Below, piece after piece: positions 23,651-36,500 of a stretch of DNA of 64,000 nucleotides. Source of the DNA: Amoebophrya sp. A120 (lineage: Eukaryota > Protista > Dinoflagellata); contig CAJINV010000005.1 in NCBI GenBank assembly GCA_905178155.1, positions 5,979,754 through 6,043,753 of the forward strand. Reading direction: 5' to 3'. The notes below the pieces were generated by a model. It searched no databases, was not told where the DNA came from, and worked only from the letters and a program-made list of their open reading frames with translations. Each line of letters begins with the position of its first letter. Position 1 is the stretch's first letter. Made by a program: the position numbers and the translations under genes.

Positions 23651-25736
23651 GCAAGTTCCGTGAGAAGCTGAATCAGAAGCGCGGCGTCGCTTGTTTATTA
23701 TTCTGTGCTTAGGCTGCGGCCTTTTGTTAGTTTGTCTTGCGGAGCCGAATAAATAACCATGTTAATAGTTTCCCAATTAAACTATCGTCCTTTTTATCAA
23801 TCTAAGTCTTGTGTGCACTATATTGCAAAGCAAAAACTTTTGCTTTTGTGGGTCAGTGTGCATTAGAAAACCTGCTGGCAGTGGCACTCGCACTACTAGC
23901 AATCTGCTTCCACGAGTTTGCACGCCAAATTCTCGAGACATTCCCGACATTCTATTTTCACTGGATACAAGAAAAAGGCCACCACCACGACCACGACGCC
24001 GCCGAAGAAAAGCCATCTTGCTTCGCTGCCTATAACCCCCTCAAAGTCGTGCTACATTTACACTTGCGGTTCCTGCTCCAATTTTTTTTCCGATTTCTTT
24101 ATTTCTGATGCAAACAGGGCCCCCCAGCATGCTTGATGAGGACAACTATTAAAGTAAATAGAAATTGGATAATGAATATCACAGGAAAAAGTGTTAACGT
24201 TAACAGAATTTGGCATGCAGGAATGCACGAGAGCTGATGCCTAAATTTGTATTGCACAGCATGCATGATAGCGAAAGTCTTGTTTCATGCATGACTGCAA
24301 TGCCTCAAAGCCATTAACGTTATACACTTTTTTGCTTGATAATGAAGCAGCAACGCATCATGTGAAAATGTAACCGCAAATCGAGTATCAAGCGCAAGTC
24401 AGTCTGGTGCATCTGGAAGGGCTGCGCCTTTTTTTGCATATGCATTTATTTTTGGACCAGGACCAGGCAAACGGCTGCATGGTGTGTTGCAAGCCAATGC
24501 ACCACAATACAGCTATTGCGAAGGCCTCGTAATGCCTAGCGTAATGTCCCGTACGACGAAGCATTGCAAGTGTTCACTCCCTGCGTAGTAAGAAACGGGA
24601 ATGCAGGCACGTTCGTGCAACATGTTTTCGCGCGATTCTGCTACTTACTGCTTCACAGGTGGCATCACAAGCTACAACTCTTCCAGACCCAGACCCAGAC
24701 ACGTTGCAACACATATTTATGGAGGGATAAAACTTCCGATTGCTCGCGGTCGTCGCCCTGCACCTGATCGTATGACAAATAAAAAGACTGCAGGTAACTT
24801 CAGCTTGCTAGTAGTAGAACTTAGGGTCGGCAGGAGAAAAATTAAAATATGCTTCACATGATGAAAAGGAATATCTATATCTATATCGTGTGGACAATGT
24901 GCTTTTCTGCTACATGATGATGTTGATAGGCTCGTACCTTGTCGACGTCGGTATCCCGGAGAACGAGCAATATCCATTGCACAAATCAATAAAGTAGTCT
25001 CCGTATGATCTTCACGACTAACCTCAGTAGAGGCTCCTTTTGCGTAACAAACAAGTTTTTAGTATTAGTCCGCAACGCTCTTTACGTACTCAGCTGCGAC
25101 CTGTCCAAAAAGCTGCTTAGTGATAATTTCTTAAGTAGCCGCTGTTGGATGAAAATCTTCATCAGGACGCCTCACATAAGATGCATCACGCACTTGCTCA
25201 GGTGCTTGTGAAACGTGCATTCTTGCACAAATAGAATGGCGTCGCGTGCAAAATGACCAAATTGCAGCGAATCCACTTCAGCTGCGCCACGACTAGGAGC
25301 CTTTCGTTGCAGAATACCGCGCAAACAAAAACTACACATGATCTATTCTTTATCTTTTCTTTTGCAATGGATAAGAACTGGCGAAGTGTCATTCTTGAAA
25401 GCTTCCGCTCGCAGGGCAAACGCCATTGGTATGGAAGGAAAAAAGTAAAAGAACACAGCTAGCACCATGAAAGAGAAGGGTACGCTGTGGGACCTAAAAA
25501 GCAACGGCCTCCGCTCCTGTAGCCTCAAAAACCAGCGCGGCCGCCGGAGAGTACTCCCGTCGTGATTGGCCTTGTAAATGTCACGCGATTTGCCTCTTGT
25601 GGCGACGCAGCCCGCCCGTGATTGTGCTTGCTTTGGCGAAACGTTTCAAAACAACACAGAAAACGACCCAAGTGGCAGAGTCCCGTGCTGTTTGCCGCCG
25701 GATTGGGAGGCGCGGCAAACCGGCGCACTCCTGCTG

Positions 25737-26830
25737 ATTGGGCCGCTTCGGGCGGCCTCTCCCCGATGGTAGGCACGGCCTCGATTTGACCAGAGGACTC
25801 TACAGAGGACCCGTCAGAGGACCCGAAGATCCTCTGACGGGTCCCCTGGCCCAATTTGGACCGCTTCGGGCGGCCTTTCCCCGATGGTAGGCACGGCCTC
25901 GATTTGACCAGAGGACTTCACAGGGGACCCGGCAGAGGCCCCGAGGATCCTCTGTCGGGTCCTCTGGCCCAATTTGGACCGCCTCGGGCGGCCTTTCCCC
26001 GATGGCACGGCCTCGATTTGACCAGAGGACTTTACAGAGGACCCGCCAGGGGACCCGAAGCTCCTCTGTCGGGTGCTCTGGCCCAATTTGGACCGCCTGG
26101 AGCGACCTTCCCCCGGTGGTACGGCCTCGATTTGACCCGAGGACTTTACAGAGGACCCCTCAGAGGAACCGAAGATCCTCTGTCGGGTCCTCTGGCGCAA
26201 TTTGGACCGCCTCGGGCGGCCTTTCCCCGACGGCACGGCCTTGATTTGACCAGAGGATTTTACAGAGGACCCGTCAGAGGACCCGAAGATCCTCTGTCGG
26301 GTCCTCTGGCACAATTTGGACCGCCTGGAGGGAGCGACCTTCCCCCGGTGGTATGGCCTCGATTTGACCAGAGGACTTTACGGAGGACCCGTCAGAGGAC
26401 CCGAGGATCCTCTGTCGGGTCCTCTGGCCCAATTTGGACCGCCTGGAGCGACCTTCCCCCGGTGGTACGGCCTCGATTTGACCAGAGGACTTTGCAGAGG
26501 ACCCGTCAGAGGACCCGAAGATCCTCGGTCGGGTCCTCTGGCAAAATTTGGACCGCCTCGGGCGGCCTTTCCCCGATGGCACGGCCTCGATTTGACCCGG
26601 GGACTTTACAGAGGACCCGTCAGAGGACCCGAAGGCCCTCAGTCGGGTCCTCTGGCCCAATTTGGACCGCCTGGAGCGACCTTCCCCCGGTGGTATGGCC
26701 TCGATTTGACCAGAGGACTTTACAGAGGACCCGTCCAAGGGTCCGAAGATCCTCTGTCGGGTCCTCTGGCCCAATTTGGGCCGCTTCGGAAGGGCCTCCC
26801 CCGGTGGTATGGTCCCGATTTGGCCAGAGG
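25737..26830. repeat. Tandem array of ~9.5 copies of a 114-bp unit (some units 118 bp)
   Basis: The unit start tttgga/tttggg recurs at 25855, 25973, 26087, 26201, 26315, 26433, 26547, 26661 and 26775. Confidence 0.95.
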
Positions 26831-26931
26831 CCAGAGGGCTGTGCACATGGGCCGTCGAAGGGCTCCGCAGCCCTCTGATGCGGCACCACGGACATTGCGG
26901 CAAACCGGCGCACATTTTGCAACGCACTCGG

Positions 26932-27420
26932 GGGCGCGGGCGGATCCCCGGGGAACGGGCGGATCCCCGAGTAACGGGCGGATCCCCTGGGCGAAGGCGG
27001 ATCCCCTGGGCCAAGGCGGATCCCCGGGAAGCGGGCGGATCCTCGGGGAGCGGGCGGATCCCCTGCGCGAAGCCGGATCCCCGGGAAATGGGCGCGCTCC
27101 GGGGCGAAGGCGGATCCCCGAGTAACGGGCGGATCCCCGGGGCGAGGGCGGATCCCCGGGAAGCGGGCGGATCCCCTGGGCGAAGGCGGATCCCCGGGGA
27201 GCGGGCGGATCCCCGGGCAACGGGCGGATCCCCGGGGAACGGGCGGGTCCCCGGGAAGAGGGCGGATCCCCGGGGAAGTTGGCGGACCCCCGGGATGAGG
27301 CCGGATCCCCGGGGGCGAGGGCGGATCCCCCGGTCGAGGGCGGATCCCCGGGGGCGAGGGCGGATCCCCCGGGGAGCGGGCGGACCCCCGTTGGCGAGGG
27401 CGGATTCCCCGGAGAACGGG
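26932..27420. repeat. GC-rich minisatellite, ~19-bp unit with core GGGCGGATCCCCGGG
   Basis: Roughly two dozen imperfect copies are visible by eye. Confidence 0.93.
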
Positions 27421-30400
27421 CAATCTGTTTCACGGGCGATATACGTGCTCCGCGGTATTTAATTTCCCGAAAAATAACAAGCGACCTTCGTAGTTCCGTC
27501 GTGTTTCGCGTTTTAGGTCTCAGGGCGTACCGGTCTCTTTCTTTTTCATCCATCAAATTCAAATCATCACACGCTGGAAAATTATGTGCGTTGCATGAAA
27601 CCAGAAATGCACTTCAAGTACAAATTTCATACATATAATTAGCATGAGACATTTCTCCTGATGTAGATGCGTGGCAGATGAGAAAAGCCTTCGGACTCGG
27701 ATTGAAAGCTGCGCTCGGTGAAGATCTGCACGTGACTCCTCAAGGCCAAACCAATACGCCAAGCCACATGCAGCACGCGCACGCCGCCTATTTCTGCATT
27801 ATTATTGATGTTCTGTGGCAGAACTACAATCTGCACGGCGAAAAAGGTGATAGCAATATTCTTTTTTTTCCTGTTCGATAACCCCCCGCCGTTCCTCAAT
27901 CTGCAAGGTGAGCACGGTCGCAGGTATGCCAGCGTCAGGTGGGGAACTACTTTCAGAGGTCGAAAAAACGAGCCCTTTTGGAGGTAATATCTGAAGATAC
28001 ACAATGAGATGAAAAAGGCGTGGTTTTTCTCATCAATCATGGTCCTGCAGCTGCGCCCACCTCGGACGGTGGACGCGGATCGACAGAACATCCAAGCCCT
28101 AGTTCTTCAAGTTGAGATAGAAATTCGAATACAACTCGCTGGAAAATGAAAAATCCCATATCGTTCATGACCTCGCTGCCGCCCATGTAGACTCAATTAT
28201 GCCGCACGAGGGGTAGGGTACACAAAAAGAATAATGGGCTCCTGCACTTCATCTCTGAATAGCCCCCACCTGGACCCTGCGTAACAGCTCTGACCACCTG
28301 AGTTTTAGTTTAAACAACATCGGGAGCTGCAGGATAAGATATTTTTCCCTAAACAGTCATGACAAGCAGCACGGAGCTGGTATAGTTCATTCATCTGCAG
28401 CAGCAACTTTTGGCAACAAAATTCAAATTCTGGGAGGAATGCTCCCGCACACAATCTCCAGTCTTTCTGCAACACGCTTCAAGACGATTTTTCTTGCACT
28501 GTTTCCATGAAGAATCAATCTCAAAGAAGGCAGCAGAGAACTTTCTTCCGAATGTGTAAGCTTGGGCTACTTCCGTGGATGCTGCTAAGATGAGCTAAGT
28601 TTGTGGGATTTTTTGAGAAGCTAGAAGAATAGCAGCCAGGAGCACACGCAGCACGCAACACAAAATAAAACGCGTCGACACAACTCGTCATAATCCATTT
28701 CCATTACAAGAGAGACATCAACTCTGACCAGAAAGCGCAAAAGCCTTGCGTGCATGACATCAAACCAGAAAAACTACAAAACCTTTACCGCTCCAGCCAC
28801 ACTCTTCACTTGTCTGCTGATTGGCATGATTGTTTTGTTGATGTTCTTGTGAGAAAATTAAAAAAAAAAATAAAAAAAATGAGTGAAAATCTGAGTGATA
28901 CAAAAAAAAAAAAATGATCTTTGTTTATGAAAATCTTTATCGTAGTAAGTAGTGGCGTGCTTCGGCGTTTGGGCTTGAAAAGAGAAGTTTTTGCTTGCTG
29001 GTGCTACTGTAAAATAGAAGTATATTCGATTTGTGAAAAAGAAAAAAGTTGAAAACGTTCTCTGAGTGCTTCAGTTTAGCTCTATGTTGCAAAATTTTCA
29101 AAAAAAGTTCGTCGTTATTAATGTGTCAGGATGCCAGCAGCTGTTGCTGTTCTTTAAGTTACACGTGCGCTATAGATACTTCTTTCGAAAAAAATGAAAA
29201 AAAAGGCGCAGGGGTGCTGCAAAAAAAAAGTCAAGAATAAAAGAATTAAAAAAAAAAGGTCGATGCTGTTGCTTGTTGCAATAAAAAGAAGGAGACTAGA
29301 GCAAGTTCGGTTTTGGTCGTTGTGTTCGTAAAAAAGAAGGCGTCAAAATGTAAAGATCGGAGCTGTTCTCAGCCAGGTCGTGTAAAAAGTACTTTAGAAA
29401 GCAAGGTGTTTTAAAAATCAAAATTTTTCGAGAGAAAAGGAATGCGCGTTGGGGCAAGAAAGAAAGTTCGTGGAAAACTTCTTTTTACCTGTCGAGGAAG
29501 AGAAGACGGGACGAGAACAAATTGCGAGAAACAATACATACGTCGAATAGAAATGATCGTAGCCAGAGCCACGTGCAATCTGAAGAGAAACAATAGTACA
29601 AATGCATACATGATCAGCCAACAGAAAATAAAGGAGGACGTACGCAGCTGCTACCGACGATTCTGATTTCTGATGTGCGCATAAAGAGGACGTCTTCCGT
29701 TTCACGAGCAGGACGACCGATATCGAAACGAAAAACCTATTCCTGTTTCACCTACGCCTTTGTTTCTAGCAAGGTTGCTCGTTTTTGTGATGAAGCCAAC
29801 ACGCGTAGAAGTATACTTGCGTTTCTCTTTGTTCTTTGGACGACAAGGGGACGAGACGAGCACTAGGATGTTCCTGCACAAACTCCGACACCGAGGTATT
29901 TTGGTTTTGCTCTGCAAGTGCAGCGCTAGTAGCAAACCAGGACGAGTAAGACCGAGACTACGAGAACGAATTCATCAAACCAGGACGAGCAAGACCGAGC
30001 AAGGACGAGCTTTGTTCATCTTAATCTTTATTCTCACGACACCAATGGACGACACAGCTATTCTTGGCCACAACGCTTCGTGCGGACAATGTAACAACAA
30101 CTCGACCGAATTCCCGAATGTGGAAAAGCTCGAAACCGACAACAAGAAGTCTCAAAACCGACAACAAAAGGGTTTCAAACAGCATTTCTTGTTGAAACGC
30201 ACCACCGAAAAAACTTCTTTCGGGTTCGCGTTCCCGTTCGCCAATGCGAGTATAGTATTAGATTAGTCGTTAAAATAAATGAAAATACCGCTCTAGCAAC
30301 GAAACACACGAGCAGGACGAAAAATGTGCTGACAGCGCGCATAGTTATAGTTTGCTATGCGCGTAAACGTAAGTAATCATCATGACGGATATTTCGGAAA

Positions 30401-32002
30401 TGATAAACAGGAGTAGCGCTGTGCTGTTTTTATTCTTCAGTTTTATAAAGCTCAGAAATATACTATGAGCGTCGTGCACAACCAACTTTAAGTGGTTCCG
30501 TCCCAACTCCTCATCTTCATGTGCATGGCAGACACGTCGTGGGAGTGAGTGGGAGAGTAAGTCAAGAAATACTCACTCTTGCAGCCTCCTCTGGCTCTGC
30601 ATGCCGGGGAAGTAGACATAAGCTGGCTCTTTTTCAAGTATCTTCAGATCCTGTGGCAAGAAATACCTACCCACAGTCCCAAAATTGTCACTGTCATGCG
30701 GATTATCACCTCCACGATCAGCACATCATTCGTGTAGCTCCCAAGACAGAAGATCATTTGGCAGTGATGAAGAACTTCTTCTCAGCTCCTCGTCGAGTTA
30801 TCTACTCAGAGTGGTGGCACATCCTCGTCGAAGTTGCGAAGCGCGTGTCTTTATGCATTGCAAAGAAAAGTGTCTTCTGGGGCTGGAGGACCTGGGGTAG
30901 AGAACTGCAATTTCGTGTAAGTAGCGTGGCAGCTCCTAAGGAAATTTTTGCGACTGCGAGGAGGTCTTTCATGCCTACTACGGAACAATGGGAGCGACGC
31001 TTTTGTGCTTGATGCGGGGGTTCGGAGAAGATGACAGGATTTGTCATGCGTATTTTTCGAAAACAGGTACGTACAAGGTTGTAGTTCGGAAAATTTGTCC
31101 TGCTACATTCGGTGTTGAAGTTTGTCATGCTGCATTCCTCGAATTATGTGCACCCTCTTTCCACCAGCCCCAGACATCTTTGCCGTGAGTAACTTCTGTC
31201 CCTGCCGCCGCAATCTCTCCAGCTTATGGCCCGTTCACATCGTGCTGTTACAATCTCATTTGAGGACTTTTGTATCTCCATAGATCATACTGAGATTAAT
31301 GCAAATAATTTTCACCCACTTCTTGGTGGCAAACAGCATCGAAGAACTCACACATAAATAATTTGTAATGCAAGGAATGTAACACCTGCGCGGAACAGCA
31401 CCATACGGCTTTCGAGGAGCCTCAAAACCATCTGCAGATCGGTTCCACAACATCCATGTGCAACGTCATCTTCGTACGTCTCAATTTGTCATGCGCACCC
31501 GCGCCTTCACCTCATTGAAAAGAAACCTTTGCACCGTCGCCGCAAGTGGTGTCGGACGCAGGAGACCTCCTAGAACCCCAATCTGTCATGCTAATACGCG
31601 CATAAAGATAAAGTACATTGCTGCACCTCAAGCATTATACCACAAAAATTGTGAGAGAGCGAAGATAACGTCGATTTTACACAGGATAAACAAGCTGGTC
31701 CGCGGTGTGAGTCGCGTATGCAAAAATGCAACTCCAGTAATTGTAGTTCTGCTACGTGATCTGGTTCTCAGCTCTTTTTTAGTGTCGGTGGTGAGCGACA
31801 TTGTGGATAATCACAAATATAACCAAATCCTCGTGTCATGCATCTTTCTTGTCGTGAACACGATGATGAAGCAAAAGCTGCTTGAGGCCCACCTCCTCGT
31901 GCTGAAATAAGCCTTACTTACTTTGTCCCGCCCAATATGCGAAGTCATATCGTCCTCGAATGGTCGCGGAAAGCCGAATTTAGAGGAGGAATGTGATCCC
32001 CT

Positions 32003-33109
32003 TCATCTCCAGTTTCTTGTCTGACTCACATCTAGATCTAGTTGCATCAAACTACCGGACATTTTTATTTCTGCCATTTGATACACTTGCCCGCGAAGAT
32101 GATGCTGCACTTCACCCGGGTGCAGCTGGTTGCGGCGATGCTTACCTCCTGGTGCCTCGTCTACAACTTCCTCTGCTGGACTAAAGACGTTGCTCGGGGG
32201 TAGTTTCATCTCGCCGTCAGCTGCCCGAACTGCGCTGCGGCTCGAATTATAGCTGCCCATCGACTTTGCCGGCGCCGCGCCAGAAGTCTTCATTCTCGCC
32301 GCGTCATTTTTCCCCCCGCCCCCAAGCAGCTTCTTCTGCAACCGATCAAACGCGGACTCGGTGGGCGAGGCGGTTTTGGGCGTAGGATATTCGGAGGAGG
32401 GATGGACTTCATCTACGGTTGAATATGCTGGCATTCCAGATCTAGTCCTCCCGGGTTTGTGTCTTCCATGCACTACTCCGGCCGTCGTCTCCTGTGCGTG
32501 TTCTCCGTGAAAGGCATTTTTGTGACCACCGCATTGTTGGGATAAAAATGAAACAGCAGGTTGCTCCAGCACCTCCTCTGCTCCACCTGGTCGTGAGGGC
32601 GGTGACGACCCGCTCGTTAGTCCTGCGGAAGCAAAGCTGGTCTTTTCTTGTCCCTCCTGGGCAGTAGCAGTGGTCGAGTTGTCGTATGGGTATGATTTTC
32701 TGCCGACAATGTGATGATTATGATGATGCTCTACCAAACCACCGTGAAGATGCTGATCGTCATCCAGCATTTCATCTTGGCCGTCCTGCCTTGGAACCTG
32801 CCCCTGCTGCTGTAGGTGGGATTCTTCCTCTGAGAAGGCAGAAATATTTCCAGGTGTTGATTGAAATTGATCTTCCTCATCGGAAAAGCAGTCCTCCGTC
32901 CACCCAATTACCTCGCCGAAAGGCGGGGGAGGCCGCACTTCTGGACCTGCTGGTCCACCTCCACTTGTCCGAGGACGTCCAGTTGGACTAGCACTAGTAG
33001 AAGAAGTTCTACTTGCCGCCGCAGGAGCTCCTTTTCCTTCCTCTGCTGCGGCACTTGTCCTGGAATAGCTTGGGTGCATACCTCCTGTTCCAGGCAGCGT
33101 CTCCTCCAC
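32003..33109 (-). CDS. Hypothetical low-complexity protein (probably one exon of a gene continuing towards ~30.6 kb)
   Basis: 368-codon ORF with the same S/A/G/T-rich style as other exons. Downstream sequence contains coding-like segments and intron-motif clusters. Confidence 0.5.
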   Translation of the reverse strand: MEETLPGTGGMHPSYSRTSAAAEEGKGAPAAASRTSSTSASPTGRPRTSGGGPAGPEVRPPPPFGEVIGWTEDCFSDEEDQFQSTPGNISAFSEEESHLQQQGQVPRQDGQDEMLDDDQHLHGGLVEHHHNHHIVGRKSYPYDNSTTATAQEGQEKTSFASAGLTSGSSPPSRPGGAEEVLEQPAVSFLSQQCGGHKNAFHGEHAQETTAGVVHGRHKPGRTRSGMPAYSTVDEVHPSSEYPTPKTASPTESAFDRLQKKLLGGGGKNDAARMKTSGAAPAKSMGSYNSSRSAVRAADGEMKLPPSNVFSPAEEVVDEAPGGKHRRNQLHPGEVQHHLRGQVYQMAEIKMSGSLMQLDLDVSQTRNWR

Positions 33110-33539
33110 TTCTTCCGCGTCCCGCCCGGTCCTTGTGCTTCCCCTCCTACTCCACCGAATAACCCCGGTTGCGGCGAGGGGAGTCGTCGCTGCACTTCCT
33201 CCTGCGACCGCGGACTTAGAAGGTGGTTGCTCTTCGCGGCCGTCACGGTGGTCCGCGCTATCAGTGTGATTTACGTAGAAGTACCTCCCGTGTTCTATCG
33301 CCAGAAAAACATTGCATCATGAGTGATCCTAATTCACAGACCCATACAGACGCGAACGAAATTGAAATTTGAATTTCTGCTGTTCGAATGGATGACATTG
33401 GAAAGACGTACAAGTTGCCTCATGTTCAACTGTTGATGCAAGAGAAGCAATAAAGGTGGCAAACGTCTTCATCCCAAAAAATCCGAATGGATGCTCTAAA
33501 TCTTTCTATTAAAGGAGCTGATTTTATTGACATTTTTGT

Positions 33540-36500
33540 TTATATTTTTCTGCTCGTAGCACTATCGGCAGAGGAAGTCCTTGCTGCGGCAGCACTACTT
33601 GTTCCTGGTGCAGTTGTTCCGCTGTGGAGCCCCTTGTTCTGCTGCTCCTCGGCGTCTTCCGCAGCCGCTTGCCGCCGTCTCCTCTTCCGCAAGCTTCTTT
33701 TCAGGCTGAAGCTTTTTTCCAAGCTGTCGAAATTTTCCACAATGCTTTCCGCCAGCTACGGTATCCAGAAGAAACCGATAATATCGCCACCACTGTACAA
33801 GGTCGGTACTGCTGCACGAGCACTTCGTCTTCGCATTTCTGAATGTACAAAACTTTGTGTGTGCTGATTGATAGACTCTGCGAGACAAGACAAAAATAAA
33901 TCGGTCGTGGTGCAAAATGAATGCATCATTTCATTTTTCATCTTTGCGCATGTCATGCTACTTAAACTCGATGAATAGCTCCGACGAGAACTAGGTCGGC
34001 GTTGATTTTTCTTCTGCCATACGTTGGTCTTTTTCCGCGATGAAGCTGGTAACCAAGCCCGGTCTTCCCATGCGCCCCGTGCGGCCGGCCCGGTGCAGGA
34101 ACGTGATGGCATCGCGCGGGAATTCGAAATTCACCACATGGTCGATATCAGGCCAGTCGATTCCCCGCCCGCCCAGGTCCGTGGAAACGCAGAAGGTCGG
34201 CTGATGTACTTGTAGTTGTACTTGATGATGCCCATCATCCATAGAACCATTCGAAGGAGCCGATGTTGAAGATGGCGTTGCCCCCAGATGAGCTGCAGCA
34301 CTCGTACAACTTCCGCCGAGAAAATTTTCCGCGACTTCGCGCATGCGGGGTCCCATCTTTCCCTTTTTCCCTTTCGCGTACAGCACCACAGGCCATTTGA
34401 GGCGACGCAGGTGGTCGGTCAGAATTTCCGCGTTCGAAGCCTTGTTCGTGAAGATCAACGTGCGCTGTACGGGTTGCGAAAATCGCCCGCTCCGTACCAC
34501 ACCGCCAGAACAACCGCCGCGCTGCTTCTCCTATGAAATGCAAAAGCATCGCTGCACTTTGCATTACAAGCTTCCTCAGCATGAAAAATAAAATTTGTAA
34601 TGGGGATTTGACTTAAGAAAGAAATTTGTAATGCATGATTGCAATACAAGTACGGTACTTTTGCACAGGATATCTCCTGCAGCAGGCGAATTAGGTCCTC
34701 GACGCGGGTGTTCCAATCTTCCGAGGCGTGATAGATCCACTCCGTCTGTTATCCCACGAAAAAAGTGTTACAGTTACACATTCGTTGTCAATTCCGCAAC
34801 ACAAATGTTCTCTGCGTAATGCAGAAAACATAAGGGAAAACAGGAAGGAAAACAGGAAGGAGATCTGCATGAGAAAGGCTGTCTGTGTTGCCGGTCTTGC
34901 AAGAACACAATGTGTAACTGTAACACTTTTTTCTTCCCATATCTGTATTGACTCCGGCAGCGTGTGCGAGGTCGTCGCAGGACCACCACCGCCGGCTGGG
35001 AAAACTCCTAGGAGAGAGGACTCCGCCACGGTACCCGAAGCAGGTAGATAATTTCCATTTTCGTCAGCTTCGAGAAGACCCTGCTCCACCGTCGGTGCTC
35101 TGCCATCAGCAGCTCCACTACCTCCGCGTCCATGAACGGTCTCGGCGGTACAAAACCGCTCAATCAGCATGTTGCCGATGGACAAGGGCCCGATGTGCGT
35201 TACTGTTGCCGTGGAAAAGACAATATCCTGCGCAAAAGCAGTATATATAATGTAAATCGGCATGACAAAGACAAATTCCATATTTTTATTCCTTTTGGAA
35301 CAAAGGGTTGAAATGCTATGTTGTCTACTTCTCGATGATCGAAATACATGCTTTTGCAATTTCCCTAGACAAACTGCGTTGGGATGAGCGGCAAGCGGGT
35401 CATTTTGACGAAATTTTCCTCTCCAGGTTGGCGAATTTTCAGGCGGGGCCGAAGGTAGCTGAAAATGTCGTACACGTAGGTTCTGGTGGCGCGGGAAATG
35501 GAACCGAAAAAACGGACTCTTCGTAGCAGAAAAAGTGTGAAAAGTACATGCTTGATTTTTTCGCGGGCCGATATCATCGGCCTTGCCAGCCACTATCTGC
35601 TCATGTCAAAAGAAATACTGTGCGGCTCAGTAAAAGTGTGGCTATTCAAGGCATGGCTGTGCTGTTCATCTTCATCTTCATTTTGAATCCCGTCCTCACT
35701 CCAGCGCAGGGCGGAATTTTAGAAGAGATCCACTCCGTTGAATTTACATCGTCGATTGCCACAAAGGACGACTTCACTCTCCACTACGTTGGGTCGCTGG
35801 AGACAGGCGCTTCATTTTTCCGGGATCATACCGTGGAAGAGTAAATCAGCCTCGTCGAACACGACGGTTTCCGGATAAAAGCCATCCTTGCAGAGCTGCG
35901 GCAGATCCTCGGCGAATTTCTGCACCGTAGAAACGACGACATCCACGGCGTGAAAGCGTATACGGGGAGAAGTTATCACCGTCCGGCTTGTCGGAGCACT
36001 GCCACTGGTATCCCCGCGGGTCGACGTTTGGCAGTCCGTTGAAGATATTCCGCCCGAAGACGAGCCACCACGTCCTCCTGTCGTGGTAATATCCTCGTCA
36101 GAAGCTGCCGTCGCTAAGAAACTGCGACACCAAGTTGTCCCCAGGGACTGCAACACGACGACGTTGTGCGGATCAATCTGCTCGATGTCGTGAATAAGTT
36201 GCACGCACAGATCCGCGTTCGCAGTCAGAATTACGCAGGGGCGGCGATGCTGATTGTAAGTGCTAGACGTTCTTGCAGGAGATGAAAAGCTCGTCCTGTG
36301 CGCTCCTTCCTGAAGACCCCGACTGCCCCCGATTGATTGTTCGTCCCCGCTGTGTGATATGCCCGCAGCTCGGTAGAACACGCGATTTAAAATTGGTAGT
36401 AAGTACGCCAGCGTCTTCCCCGACCCGGTTTCGCTTTGAATGACGGTATCTTTCCCGAGCGATTGGGGCCGCCAGCTGTCCGCCTGGATTTTCGTCGGGT

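Larger units (their letters stand above)
25469..27541. mobile_element. Putative non-autonomous inverted-repeat-bounded element carrying two tandem arrays
   Basis: 25469-25502 (gaaagagaagggtacgctgtgggacctaaaaagc) matches the reverse complement of 27508-27541 at 28/34 positions. No clear target-site duplication. Confidence 0.5.

Noticed and set aside
25737-27420. CRISPR-like array
   Set aside because: The units are tandem copies with only two recurring variants, not unique spacers; there are no cas genes and the context is eukaryotic.
25814-27562. Repeat proteins from ORFs 25856-26878, 26316-27125, 26720-27562 and others
   Set aside because: Several frames on both strands are open simply because the GC-rich unit is a multiple of 3, and 4-bp insertions shift the frame mid-array.
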